64,000 bases of DNA, from the NCBI GenBank assembly GCA_964291675.2, contig OZ219866.1, forward strand, positions 2,720,001 to 2,784,000, in the 5' to 3' direction. The stretch comes from Alphaproteobacteria bacterium (GTDB taxonomy: Bacteria > Pseudomonadota > Alphaproteobacteria > MPNO01). A model generated the notes under the pieces. The model saw only the letters and a program-made list of their open reading frames with translations, ran no database searches and was not told the origin of the DNA. Positions 43,601 through 53,358 of this stretch are shown here, piece after piece; the first letter of the stretch is position 1, and the number at the start of each line of letters is the position of its first letter. Made by a program: the position numbers and the translations under genes.

Positions 43601-45844
43601 TCGACGACGAGGCGGACGGCCCGCTCCGGGTATTCGGAGCCCCCGAGGTCGTTTCCGCGCCCGCGTCCGGCGACACCTACGAGCTCGGCGAACGCATCGA
43701 CATCCGGGTCGTGTTCACCCGGCCGGTCAGGGTGACCGGAAGCCCCTATCTGGAGTTCGACCTCGGCAGCGCCGATGCCCCCCGGGCCGCGAGGGCCAAC
43801 TTCGCCGGCGGCGACGGCACCCAGGATCTCGTCTTCGGCTACACGGTGGGATCCGGCGACCGGGACGAAGACGGAATCGAGATCCCGGCCGGGTCCATCC
43901 ACCTCAACGACGGCGCCATCCAGGACATCGAAACCGGGACCCAGGCGGCGATCGAATTCGCCGCATCCGGGGTGCAGGCGGGCCACAGGGTGCGCGGCCC
44001 GGCGGCGCTTGCGGTGGCCGACGCGCGGGCGGCGGAGGAAGACGGCGCGACCCTCGACTTCGCGGTAACGCTGAGCCGGGCGGTCCCGCAGGCGGTGACG
44101 GTCGGCTACGCCACCGCCGACGGCACGGCCACCGCCGGCGAGGATTACGGCGCGGCCAGCGGAACCCTCACCTTCGCCGCCGGTCAGACCCGGAGGACCG
44201 TCTCCGTCGAGGTGCTGGACGATGCCCGCGACGAAGGCGCGGAAACCCTGACGCTGACCCTCAGCGACGCGTCGGGAGCGATTATCGCGGACGACGTGGC
44301 GACCGGGACGATCGTCAACCACGACCCCGTGCCGCAGGCCTGGCTCGCGCGGTTCGGGCGCACCGTGGCCGGGCAGGTGATCGAGGCGGTCGAAGGGCGG
44401 CTGAGGGCAATCTCGGACACCCGGAATCGAGATGACGCTCGCCGGCCAGCGGGTCGGCGGCCACGGCCCGGGCGTCGCGGCAGGCGGCGCCGGGCCGCGG
44501 GGTGCGGGCGTGCCGAGCTCGGCCCGTGAAGCCGAGGCGCGGTCGCGGCTCGCGGCGAGCGCCGACCGGCCGCGCGAGGGCACGCAGGCAGGCGGCGCCG
44601 GGTCCGGATACCGGGCGCGCATGGCGGGCGGGCGCGACCTGCTGACCGGTTCGTCCTTCACGCTGACCGGCGAGACCGGAACGGGCGGCGCGATCGGGAT
44701 CTGGGGCCGGGGCGCGCTCGGCCGCTTCGACGGCCGCGCGGGCGAAATCTCGCTCGACGGCGAGGTGGCCGGCTTCATGCTGGGCGCCGATTGGACATGG
44801 GACCCCGGGCCGGAGTCCGGGGCGGGCGCCTGGACGGCCGGGCTGCTGGTCGCGCGCTCCGAGGGCGAGGGCGGCTACCGGGGCCCGTCGGCGGAGGGCG
44901 AGATCGAGAGCACGCTCACCGGGGTCTTCCCCTACGGGCGCTACATGCCGAACGAGCGGGTGACGCTCTGGGGCGTGGCGGGCTACGGGGCGGGCGAGCT
45001 CACGCTGGGGTCGGAGGACGCGGCGGCGACCCGGACCGACATGGACCTCGCGATGGGGGCGGTCGGCGTTCGCGGCGTCGCGGTCGAGCCGGGGCCCGGG
45101 GGCGGCATCGAGCTGACGGTGACATCGGACGCCATGGCGGTGCGCACCGCGTCCGCGGAAGCGCCGGGGCTGGCGGCGTCGACGGCCGAGGTGACCCGGC
45201 TCCGGCTCGGGCTGGAAGGGGCGTGGCATGGCATCGTCCTCGGCGAGGCGGGCTCGCTCGTGCCCCGCGTGGAAATCGGCCTGCGCCGTGACGACGGCGA
45301 CGCCGAGACCGGCTTCGGGCTCGATCTCGGCGGCGGGCTCGCCTGGTCGGACCTGACACGCGGGATCGCGGCCGAGCTGAGCGGGCGCGGGCTGCTGGCC
45401 CACGAGTCGCGGGGCTTCCGCGACCGCGGGATCTCCGGCTCGTTCGCCTGGGAGCCCGGTGGTGGCACCGGCCGGGGCCCGGCGGCACGGCTGGTCCAGA
45501 CCGTCGGCAGCCCGGCCACGGGCGGCATGGATGCTCTGCTCGGGCGGGAGACCCTGGCGGGACTCGGGGCCGACGATCCCGGCGACGAGCTGGAGAACCG
45601 CCGGCTGGAGCTGCGGCTGGGCTACGGGTTCGCGGTCCTCGGCGGCCGCTTCACCGCGACGCCGGAGCTCGGATTGGGGCTGGCGAACGGGCAGCGGGAG
45701 TACAGCCTCGGTTGGCGCCTCGACCCGGTCCAGGGCGGTTCCGCGACAGTCGAGCTGCGGCTGGAGGCGAGCCGGCGCGAGGCGGCCAACGATAATGCCG
45801 ACCCGCGGCACGCGCTCGGGTTCGGGGTGACGGCGCGCTGGTAG
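40623..45844 (+). pseudogene. Large secreted Calx-beta/Ig-like repeat adhesin with C-terminal autotransporter beta-barrel, interrupted by two +1 frameshifts (~41745, ~44410)
   Basis: Signal-like segment then LVSN; three GDTY.LGE.I repeats; Calx-beta motifs (TADGTATAGEDY, DE..ETLTLTL); WLARFGRTVA linker; barrel ending TARW; coding frame moves through ORFs 40623, 41458 and 44432. Confidence 0.75.
44432..45844 (+). CDS. Autotransporter-like beta-barrel fragment (could be translated from ATG 44432)
   Basis: LTGSSF, LDGEV..MLGAD, DDGDAETGFG, terminal aromatic W. Confidence 0.55.
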   Translation: MTLAGQRVGGHGPGVAAGGAGPRGAGVPSSAREAEARSRLAASADRPREGTQAGGAGSGYRARMAGGRDLLTGSSFTLTGETGTGGAIGIWGRGALGRFDGRAGEISLDGEVAGFMLGADWTWDPGPESGAGAWTAGLLVARSEGEGGYRGPSAEGEIESTLTGVFPYGRYMPNERVTLWGVAGYGAGELTLGSEDAAATRTDMDLAMGAVGVRGVAVEPGPGGGIELTVTSDAMAVRTASAEAPGLAASTAEVTRLRLGLEGAWHGIVLGEAGSLVPRVEIGLRRDDGDAETGFGLDLGGGLAWSDLTRGIAAELSGRGLLAHESRGFRDRGISGSFAWEPGGGTGRGPAARLVQTVGSPATGGMDALLGRETLAGLGADDPGDELENRRLELRLGYGFAVLGGRFTATPELGLGLANGQREYSLGWRLDPVQGGSATVELRLEASRREAANDNADPRHALGFGVTARW

Positions 45845-45986
45845 CCGGCCGGCCGGTCCGGCGCGCGAAACCGATCTCCCAACCCGACCCGGGCCTCTCC
45901 CGATCCCGAAGGCCGTTGCGGTCCGGCGCGAAACGGATAGGCTCCGGGACCCGACCGGGCCCACGAACCTGCAAGAGGAGAACCGG

Positions 45987-47189
45987 GTGCGCGACGCTCA
46001 CATACCCTACGGCGCCTATTGGTCGACGCCCTTCGCACGCTGGCAGGGCAGCCTGGCGCATCTGCACTCGATGCGGTTCCTCGCCCACGTGGCCAGGGAC
46101 GAGCTCGCCCGGCGCGGAATCGGGCTCGACGACATCGATTACGGCGTGCTCGGCCTCACCGTGGCGCAGCGCCAGTGCTTCTTCGGCCTGCCCTGGGTGA
46201 CCGGGATGATGGGCGCCGGCCATATCCCGGGCCCGACGATCAACCACGCCTGCGCCACCGGCGCGCGCTGTTTGCAGGCGGCGAGCCAGGAGGTCGCCGA
46301 CGGCGGGGCGGAGGTGGCGCTCGCGATGTCGGGCGACCGCACCTCGAACGGGCCGCATGTCTACTACCCCGCGCCCGACGCGCCCGGCGGCACCGGCGAG
46401 CACGAGAACTGGGTGCTCGGCAATTTCTCCTCCGACCCCTATGCCGAGTGCGGCATGATCGACACCGCCGAGACGGTGGCGCGCAAGTGGCAGATCGCCA
46501 CCGCGGAGCAGCACGAGGTGGTGCTCCGGCGCTACGAGCAGTACGAGGACGCGCTGGCCGAGGATCGCGCCTTCCAGAAGCGCTACATGACGCTGCCGCT
46601 GGAGGTGCCGGATGCGCGCTACCGCAAGACGCGCGGCGTGCTCGACGGCGACGAGGGGGTGCACGAGACCACGCGCGCGGGGCTGGAGCGGCTGCGCCCC
46701 GTCGACGAGGACGGCACGGTGACCTATGCCGGGCAGACCCACCCGGCGGACGGCAATGCGGGGCTGGTGGTGACGGACCGCGAGCGCGCGAAGGCGATGT
46801 CGCGCGATGCCGGCATCTCGATCCGGCTCGCCGGGTTCGGCACCGCGCGGGCGGAAATCCGCCACATGCCGGAGGCGCCGATCGGCGCCGCCCGGCGGGC
46901 GCTCGACGATGCCGGGATCGCGCTCGACGACGTGGCGGCGATCAAGACCCACAACCCGTTCGCGGTGAACGACGTGGTGTTCTGCCGCGAGACCGGCGCC
47001 GACGTGGACGCGATGAACAATTTCGGCTGCTCGCTGATCTGGGGCCACCCGCAGGGCCCGACCGGGCTGCGCGCGGTGATCGAGCTGATCGAGGAGCTCG
47101 CGCTCCGCGGCGGCGGCTGGGGCCTGTTCACCGGCTGCGCCGCCGGCGACAGCGCCATGGCCGTGGTCGTCGAGGTGGGGGACGGGTAG
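45987..47189 (+). CDS. Thiolase family protein
   Basis: AGAGGAG RBS; NHACATG catalytic Cys, HNPF, GHPQGPTG, CAAG. Confidence 0.9.
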   Translation: MRDAHIPYGAYWSTPFARWQGSLAHLHSMRFLAHVARDELARRGIGLDDIDYGVLGLTVAQRQCFFGLPWVTGMMGAGHIPGPTINHACATGARCLQAASQEVADGGAEVALAMSGDRTSNGPHVYYPAPDAPGGTGEHENWVLGNFSSDPYAECGMIDTAETVARKWQIATAEQHEVVLRRYEQYEDALAEDRAFQKRYMTLPLEVPDARYRKTRGVLDGDEGVHETTRAGLERLRPVDEDGTVTYAGQTHPADGNAGLVVTDRERAKAMSRDAGISIRLAGFGTARAEIRHMPEAPIGAARRALDDAGIALDDVAAIKTHNPFAVNDVVFCRETGADVDAMNNFGCSLIWGHPQGPTGLRAVIELIEELALRGGGWGLFTGCAAGDSAMAVVVEVGDG

Positions 47190-47194
47190 GGGGC

Positions 47195-47220
47195 TTCGAT
47201 ACGCCCCCTCCGGACGCTAC
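47195..47220. repeat. Partial copy of the 35451-type palindromic repeat
   Basis: CTTCGATACGCCCCCTCCGGACGCTAC between convergent thiolase and ppx. Confidence 0.6.
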
Positions 47221-48737
47221 GCCACGATGCGGCCGGGGCGCATGCCGGCGGCGGCGGCGAGCGCGTCGAGCTGGCGCGACACCGGCTCGTCGAGCGGCGC
47301 GGCGCCGTCCTTGGGCAAGGCGAGGGTGAGGCGGTCCCGGTCGACGGCGAGCGAGGCGCGGGCGAGCAGGGCAGGCGCGCCGCCCGAGACCCGGAAGGCG
47401 AGCCGCATCGCCTCGCCGATCACCTCGGCGCGCTGGCGCTGGCGCTGGGTCATCAGCCGGTGCGCCGCCTGCGCCTCGGGCGCCCCCGGGTCGCCGCCAT
47501 AGCGCACGAAGGCGGCATAGGAGAGGAAGCCGCGCTGGTCGTGCTCCAGCCCCATGAAGGGGAAGCGCTGGATCCGGTTCATCGTCTGCACCGCGCGGTA
47601 GTCGGGGTGTTCGCGCCAGCCGATGTCGGCGAGGTGGCAGGCGATGCGCCGCAGCCGCCGCCCACCCTTGCGGCGCCCCTGGAACAGCGGCTCGATCCAG
47701 TCGAACAGGGTGTGGCCCAGCGGGCCGAAGCGGGACTCGCGGGCGGAGAGCGTCATGGCGGCGGCGAGCACCGGGTCGTCGCGCCGCCGCTCCGGGACCA
47801 GCCGGTCGTAGAGAAACCCCTCGCGCAGCCCGTGGGCGGAGAACGCGATCCGCTTCGCCCCGGTCGCCGCGAGCAACGCGCGCATCATGTCGCAGGCGAC
47901 CGGCAGGCTGTCGCGCCGCCGCCGGGACACGCCGGCGATCTGCTCCAGCGAGCGCGGGCCGAGCGCGCCCATCACCTCGGCGAGGTCGCGCATCTCGCCC
48001 ACCGACATGCGGTAGCCGTCGATCACGTGCAGCGGGTGGTCGGCGCGCGCCATGTGCAGCCGGGCGACCGCGCGCCACGCCCCGCCGACGGGATAGAAGG
48101 CGCGCCCGGCGCCGCCTTTGAGCCAGCGGAGATCGGCGAGCTGGGCGCGGATCTCCTCCAGCATCGCGCGGCGCGCCGCCCGGCCGCGCCCGGCATAGCG
48201 CAGTATCCCGAGCGGCAGGGTTGCCTGGCGGGCGATCCGGCCGCGGCGGATGTCGACCAGCTCGAGGCTGCCGCCGCCGAGATCGCCCATGATGCCGTCG
48301 GCCCCGGGCAGGCCGGAGATCACCCCGAGCGCAGACAGCCTCGCCTCCTCGTCGCCGCTCAGCACGCGGATGCGCTCGCCGCAGCTTTCGGCGACCCCGC
48401 GCACGAACGCCGCGCCGTTGCTCGCTTCGCGCACCGCGGCGGTGGCGATGAAGGCGGGCTCTGCCGCCCCCATGCCGCGGGCGAGCGCGCCGAACCGGGC
48501 GATCGCGCGCAGCGCGCGGCCCGCCGCCGCATCGTCGATCGTCCCGGTCTTCGCCAGCTCGGCGCCGAGCCCGCAGGCCGCGCTCTCGTTGAACATCGGC
48601 ACCGGCGCCCGCCGGTAGCCGTCATAGACCACCAGCCGCACCGTGTTGGAGCCGATATCGACCACCGCGACCGGGGCATCCGGCGCGGCGCGGGCGGGCG
48701 CGGCCTCGGGCGTCTCGATCGGTCCCGTGTCGTGCAT
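47217..48737 (-). CDS. ppx: Exopolyphosphatase (Ppx/GppA family)
   Basis: DIGSNTVRL, ATAAVREASN, EEARL, DLGGGSLE, GLREG; adjacent to ppk. Confidence 0.93.
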   Translation of the reverse strand: MHDTGPIETPEAAPARAAPDAPVAVVDIGSNTVRLVVYDGYRRAPVPMFNESAACGLGAELAKTGTIDDAAAGRALRAIARFGALARGMGAAEPAFIATAAVREASNGAAFVRGVAESCGERIRVLSGDEEARLSALGVISGLPGADGIMGDLGGGSLELVDIRRGRIARQATLPLGILRYAGRGRAARRAMLEEIRAQLADLRWLKGGAGRAFYPVGGAWRAVARLHMARADHPLHVIDGYRMSVGEMRDLAEVMGALGPRSLEQIAGVSRRRRDSLPVACDMMRALLAATGAKRIAFSAHGLREGFLYDRLVPERRRDDPVLAAAMTLSARESRFGPLGHTLFDWIEPLFQGRRKGGRRLRRIACHLADIGWREHPDYRAVQTMNRIQRFPFMGLEHDQRGFLSYAAFVRYGGDPGAPEAQAAHRLMTQRQRQRAEVIGEAMRLAFRVSGGAPALLARASLAVDRDRLTLALPKDGAAPLDEPVSRQLDALAAAAGMRPGRIVA

Positions 48738-48768
48738 CTACGCTATCGCCCGGAACCCTGGAACCGGC

Positions 48769-50916
48769 TCAGGCGGGGGCGCCGGAGTCGTCGTTCCTGA
48801 GCGCGCTTCCCCGGCCCGAGAGACTCGGGTTGGTCATGAAGTAGTCATGCGCGCTAAAGGCGCTCTCGGGCGCCTCGACGCGGCGATAGGCACCGTCCGC
48901 CTCCAGCACCCAGCTCTGCGCCTCGTCCATCAGGTTGGCGCCCATGATGCGGTCCAGCACCTGGCGGTGGACGGTCCGGTTGAGGATCGGGATCAGGGTC
49001 TCCACCCGCCGGTCGAGATTGCGCGGCATCCAGTCGGCCGACGAGATGTAGACCTTCGCCTTGGCCGAGCCGCGCGGGTGGGCGGCGCCGAAGCAGACGA
49101 TCCGGCTGTGTTCGAGGAAGCGGCCGACGATGCTTTTCACCCGGATGTTGTCGGACAGGCCGGGCACGCCGGGCCTGAGGCAGCAGATGCCGCGCACGAT
49201 CAGCTCGATGCCGACCCCGGCCCGCGAGGCGGCGTACAGGCGGTCGATGATCTCGGGGTCGACCAGGGAGTTCATCTTGGCGAGGATCCAGGCCGGCCTG
49301 CCGGCGCGCGCATTGTCGATCTCGCCGTCGATCAGCCGGACCAGGGTGTCGCGCATGTCGATCGGCGAGACCGAGATACGCTCCATGCCCTCCGGCACGC
49401 CGGTCCCGGTCATGTAGTTGAACAGCTTCGCCGCGTCGCGGCAGAACGTCGCGTCGCAGGTGAAGTGCGACAGGTCGGTGTAGATCCGCGCGTTGATCGG
49501 GTGGTAGTTGCCGGTGCCGAAATGGGCGTAGGTCTGCAGCCCGTTCTGCTCGCGCCGGACCACCAGCGAGACCTTGGCGTGGGTCTTGAGCTGGACGAAG
49601 CCGAACACCACCTGGGCGCCGGCGCGCTCCAGGTCGCGCGCCCAGCGTATGTTGCGCTCCTCGTCGAACCGCGCCTTGAGCTCGATCAGCGCGGTCACCG
49701 ACTTGCCGCGCTCGGCGGCGTCGCGCAGCGCGGCCACGATCGGCGAGTCCTCGCTGGTGCGGTACAGCGTCTGCTTGATCGCCACCACGTTGGGGTCCGC
49801 CGCGGCCTGGCGCAGGAAGCTCACCACCACGTCGAAGCTCTCATAGGGGTGGTGGACGATGATGTCCTTCTGGCGGATCGCGGCGAAGCAGTCGCCGTCG
49901 TAGTCGAGGATGCGCTCGGGGAAGCGCGGCGAGTAGGGCTCGAAGACGAGATCCGGGCGGTCGCGCAGGATCAGGCTGGAGGTCTCGGCGAGGCCCAGCA
50001 GCCCGTCCACGTCGAACACGTCCTCCTCGCCGACGCCGAGGCTGTCGACCACGAAGCTCCTGAGCGCCGCCGGCACGTCGGCGTTGATCTTGAGCCGGAT
50101 CACCGAGCCCCGGCGGCGCCGGCGCAGCAGCTCCTCCGACTCGCGCACCAGGTCTTCCGCCTCCTCCTCGATCTCCAGATCGCTGTCGCGCAGCACGCGG
50201 AACACGCCGACATCCTGAAGATCGAAGCCGGGGAACAGCAGGTCGAGATGGACGCGGACCACCTGTTCCAGCGCGACGAAGGCCGATTTGCGGCTCTCCA
50301 GGCGGACGAAGCGGTCGATCGTGGCGGGCAGCGCAACCAGCCCGGCCAGGGTCTCCTCGTCCTCCGGCCGCTTCATCGACAGCACCAGCGAGAAGCCGAA
50401 ATTGGGGATGAACGGGAAGGGGTGCGCCGGGTCGATCGCCACCGGGGTCAGCGCGGGAAAGATCTCCTTGACGAAATAGGCCGCGAGCCAGTCGCGCTCG
50501 GCCGCATCCAGCGCCTCGGGTTCGAGCACCTCGATCCCCGCTTCGCGCATCGCCTCGCGCAGCGCGCGCCAGCAGCGCTGCTGTTCGCGCATCAGCTTGC
50601 GGGCGCGCTCGTTGACCGCGCGGAGCTGCTCCTGCGGCGTCAGCCCGTCGGCGCTGCGCGCGGCCACGCCGGCCTGGATCAGGCTTTTGAGCCCGGCCAC
50701 CCGGACCATGTAGAACTCGTCCAGATTGGCCGCCGAGATGGAGACGAAGCGCAGCCGCTCGAGCAGCGGATGGGCCGCGTTCGAGGCCTCCTCCAGCACG
50801 CGCTCGTTGAACGCGAGCCAGGAGAGCTCCCGGTTGATGAACCGGTTCGGGTTGCCGGCGAGCGGCGAGGAAGGGGCCTCGCCCGCTTCGGCCTGTTGCG
50901 GTCGCGCGTCGTCCAT
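48769..50916 (-). CDS. ppk1: Polyphosphate kinase 1
   Basis: [70 protein letters not shown]. Confidence 0.97.
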   Translation of the reverse strand: MDDARPQQAEAGEAPSSPLAGNPNRFINRELSWLAFNERVLEEASNAAHPLLERLRFVSISAANLDEFYMVRVAGLKSLIQAGVAARSADGLTPQEQLRAVNERARKLMREQQRCWRALREAMREAGIEVLEPEALDAAERDWLAAYFVKEIFPALTPVAIDPAHPFPFIPNFGFSLVLSMKRPEDEETLAGLVALPATIDRFVRLESRKSAFVALEQVVRVHLDLLFPGFDLQDVGVFRVLRDSDLEIEEEAEDLVRESEELLRRRRRGSVIRLKINADVPAALRSFVVDSLGVGEEDVFDVDGLLGLAETSSLILRDRPDLVFEPYSPRFPERILDYDGDCFAAIRQKDIIVHHPYESFDVVVSFLRQAAADPNVVAIKQTLYRTSEDSPIVAALRDAAERGKSVTALIELKARFDEERNIRWARDLERAGAQVVFGFVQLKTHAKVSLVVRREQNGLQTYAHFGTGNYHPINARIYTDLSHFTCDATFCRDAAKLFNYMTGTGVPEGMERISVSPIDMRDTLVRLIDGEIDNARAGRPAWILAKMNSLVDPEIIDRLYAASRAGVGIELIVRGICCLRPGVPGLSDNIRVKSIVGRFLEHSRIVCFGAAHPRGSAKAKVYISSADWMPRNLDRRVETLIPILNRTVHRQVLDRIMGANLMDEAQSWVLEADGAYRRVEAPESAFSAHDYFMTNPSLSGRGSALRNDDSGAPA

Positions 50917-51095
50917 CGGTTCCACCGGCCGCGCGGCCGGGCCCGTCGAGAAGCAAGAATTCGTCCCGCGAGCGTTTACGCTTTCGCCGCTTCCGTCAAG
51001 CGAAAGGCGCGGGCGGCGTGACCGATGCGGATCGGTCGAACCCGCCTTGCGCGGGGACTGACAAGCGCTCCGCCGCCGGCCTATGCTCGTGCGCG

Positions 51096-51611
51096 ATGCG
51101 CACGCTCTACCTCCTGAGGCACGCCAAGTCCGACTGGGGCGACCCCGGGCTCGCCGACTTCGACCGCCCGCTGGCCGCGCGCGGCAGGCGGGCGGCGCCG
51201 GCGGTGGCGGGCTGGATGCGGGACAACGACTGCGCGCCGGCGTTCGTGCTGTGCTCCGCCGCGCGGCGGGCGGCCGAGACCTGGGCGCTGGTCGCCGGGG
51301 TGCTGGAGAGCGCGCCCGAGGTCGAGACCACCGAGGAGCTCTACCACGCCGCGCCCGCCGGGCTGTTCGCGCTCGCCCGGGCGCTGCCGGACCGGCACGA
51401 GTCGGCGATGATGGTCGGGCACAACCCCGGCTTCCACCTGCTGGCCTGCGCGCTGGCCGGCGAGGGGCCCGACGACCTCCTGGACCTGCTCGCCGCGGGC
51501 TACCCGACGGCGGCGCTGGCGGGCATCGCGTTCGACACGGCGAGCTGGTCGGACATCGCCCCCGGCGCCGGCCGCCTCACTTGCTTCGTCCGGCCGCGGA
51601 CGCTCGAATAG
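51096..51611 (+). CDS. sixA: Phosphohistidine phosphatase SixA
   Basis: [21 protein letters not shown]. Confidence 0.88.
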   Translation: MRTLYLLRHAKSDWGDPGLADFDRPLAARGRRAAPAVAGWMRDNDCAPAFVLCSAARRAAETWALVAGVLESAPEVETTEELYHAAPAGLFALARALPDRHESAMMVGHNPGFHLLACALAGEGPDDLLDLLAAGYPTAALAGIAFDTASWSDIAPGAGRLTCFVRPRTLE

Positions 51612-51732
51612 CCGGTACTTCGACAGGGGCTTGCTGGAGAAGGCCGGCGCTGCGTCATGCGGCGGCGTTCGACGCTTCGCGGTCCTCGGGCCGGTCGCCG
51701 GCGGAGGTTGGACGGCGGCCCACGCCGGTCGG

Positions 51733-51912
51733 TCACGTCTGCGGAAAGAGCCGGGGAAACAGGCCCTCCGGCGCGTCCACCGGGAATCGCAGCGAGACCG
51801 GGCCTTTCGGCGTCTCCGAGGCGAGCAGCCCCGCCTCTACGACGTCGCGCAGCAGGCGCCGGGCGGGCTCGATCCGCGTCGGCGCTTCGGCGATCTCTCC
51901 GGCCGATGTCAT
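51733..51912 (-). pseudogene. Relic of Fic-family protein C-terminus
   Basis: ARRLLRDVVEAGLLASETPKGPVSLRFPVDA...LFPRLFP resembles the wHTH C-terminus of a proteobacterial Fic family; no Fic HPFxxGNGR motif upstream. Confidence 0.55.
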
Positions 51913-52095
51913 GCGCCCGCAGGCCTCCGGATTTCTTGCCGTGGCGACAGCTCGATCGCTGGGTTGGCCGATGTGTTGGCCGATATTCCTCCAGCGATCG
52001 GCCGGCGCTGTGGCCGATCCTTGATTCCGGTGCCGCCGTTCGGCCTCCCGCACGGCAGGACAACCGCCTGATTCGACAACCGGGGCGGCTCCCGG

Positions 52096-52539
52096 TCAGT
52101 ACCCGAAGGCGTACTGACCCCCGGGAAGCAGCGTGAAAGTGCCCTTCCGAAGGATGTCGCGGCCGATGATGGCCTGATATCTGCTGAGGCCAGCCCCTTC
52201 GGGATTGAGGCCGGGCACCAGCACCGGACCGGCCAGATCCCAGTTCTCCGCTCCTATGAGATCCTCTGTCCTGTCCTGATCGAGCAGGAAAAAGAATTGT
52301 ACCTGGTTGAGGGACACTTCCACGGCCGGGCCTGCGGTGTGCAGCGTTCTTCGGCCGCGTGGCTCCATCCGGAGATAGTCGACGACCGGCTTCAAGATGC
52401 AGGAATTCAGCGCCCCGGTGTCGAACAGAGCCGGGCACAGGTGAGGAGCGGCGCTTTTCGATGAGATGCCCTCCGGGAGGATGCCGACCTCGCGGATCGG
52501 CCCCGCGTTCCACTCAAAGCGGCCTGAGAGCACCGGCAT
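52096..52539 (-). CDS. Clan AA (retropepsin-like) aspartic protease
   Basis: ALFDTGA catalytic motif and IIGRDIL second motif; 147 aa. Confidence 0.8.
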   Translation of the reverse strand: MPVLSGRFEWNAGPIREVGILPEGISSKSAAPHLCPALFDTGALNSCILKPVVDYLRMEPRGRRTLHTAGPAVEVSLNQVQFFFLLDQDRTEDLIGAENWDLAGPVLVPGLNPEGAGLSRYQAIIGRDILRKGTFTLLPGGQYAFGY

Positions 52540-52792
52540 GAGACAGATAACCGAGATCGACGGCCTGATCGGTCACTTCCTGGATGGAGAACCGACCGTC
52601 CTCAAACAGATTGGAGCCCGCGACGAAAGCATCCCGGCTCGTGTCGAAGAAATCGACTATCCGCGCATCCCGCATGAGCGCAAACTTGTTTCGATGCTCT
52701 CTGAGCAGGTCGGGCAGGCGCTCACGGAACGCACGGTAGTTCCGCTCGACCTCTTCCTGCTGAGCCGACCTCTCGGTTCGATCGTTGTCCAT
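52514..52792 (-). CDS. Small protein (92 aa, DUF5678-like) coupled to the aspartic protease
   Basis: GGGAG RBS; MDND...EVERNYRAFRERLPDLLREHRNKFALMRDARIVDFFDT...FSIQEV; 26-bp overlap with protease gene. Confidence 0.72.
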   Translation of the reverse strand: MDNDRTERSAQQEEVERNYRAFRERLPDLLREHRNKFALMRDARIVDFFDTSRDAFVAGSNLFEDGRFSIQEVTDQAVDLGYLSHAGALRPL

Positions 52793-53020
52793 CGCGGGTC
52801 TCCCTCGCCCGTGGAGTAACGTAATTTCGAAGCGGCCGGCTGTCATTCCGGTACGGTTCGATGGGACGGTTTTCCCGCGCTTGCCCACAGACGGTCGGGA
52901 CGATTCTCCAGCCCCCATCGACGACTTCCGGCACTCGCAGCCGCATCGCGAAGATTTTACTCGGACGCAGGGATGCTGCGGAGGGCGGCGAATAGCCGCG
53001 GTCAGGATTCGGCTCCCCCG

Positions 53021-53190
53021 GTCATGCCCGGAACAAGTCCACTCCGGACCGGCCAACCATGCGGCCCCTCCGCACGCACGGCGATCCGTCCGGAGGGACG
53101 CCGATGGGGGCGGGCCGCGTCCGGCTCCGCATGCACCGCCCATGGATGCCCGGATCGCCCCCGGACTCGATCCGGGGGCCGGCCATGACG
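53021..53190. repeat. Alphaproteobacterial REP-like palindromic repeats (ATGGATGSCCGG...CCGGCCATGAC family)
   Basis: GTCATGCCCGGAACAAGTCC at 53021 and CATGGATGCCCGGATC...CCCCGGACTCGATCCGGGG...CCGGCCATGACG at 53141-53190. Confidence 0.65.
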
Positions 53191-53358
53191 ACATGGGGGC
53201 GGGCAGGGCGTCGGCCATGACGGGCGGCGGTCCCCTCGTCGATCCGCGCCGACCGTGCGTCGGGTTATCCGGATAGGCGCCTGTCGAGGACCGCCCGGCT
53301 TGCCGCGGGCGCGGCGACGGGCGACACTGGCGCCGCCCGACCCGACAGGAGTCCGCCG

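Noticed and set aside
41740-44420. Programmed frameshifting or slipped-strand phase variation in the adhesin
   Set aside because: No slippery heptamer or long homopolymer/SSR at either junction
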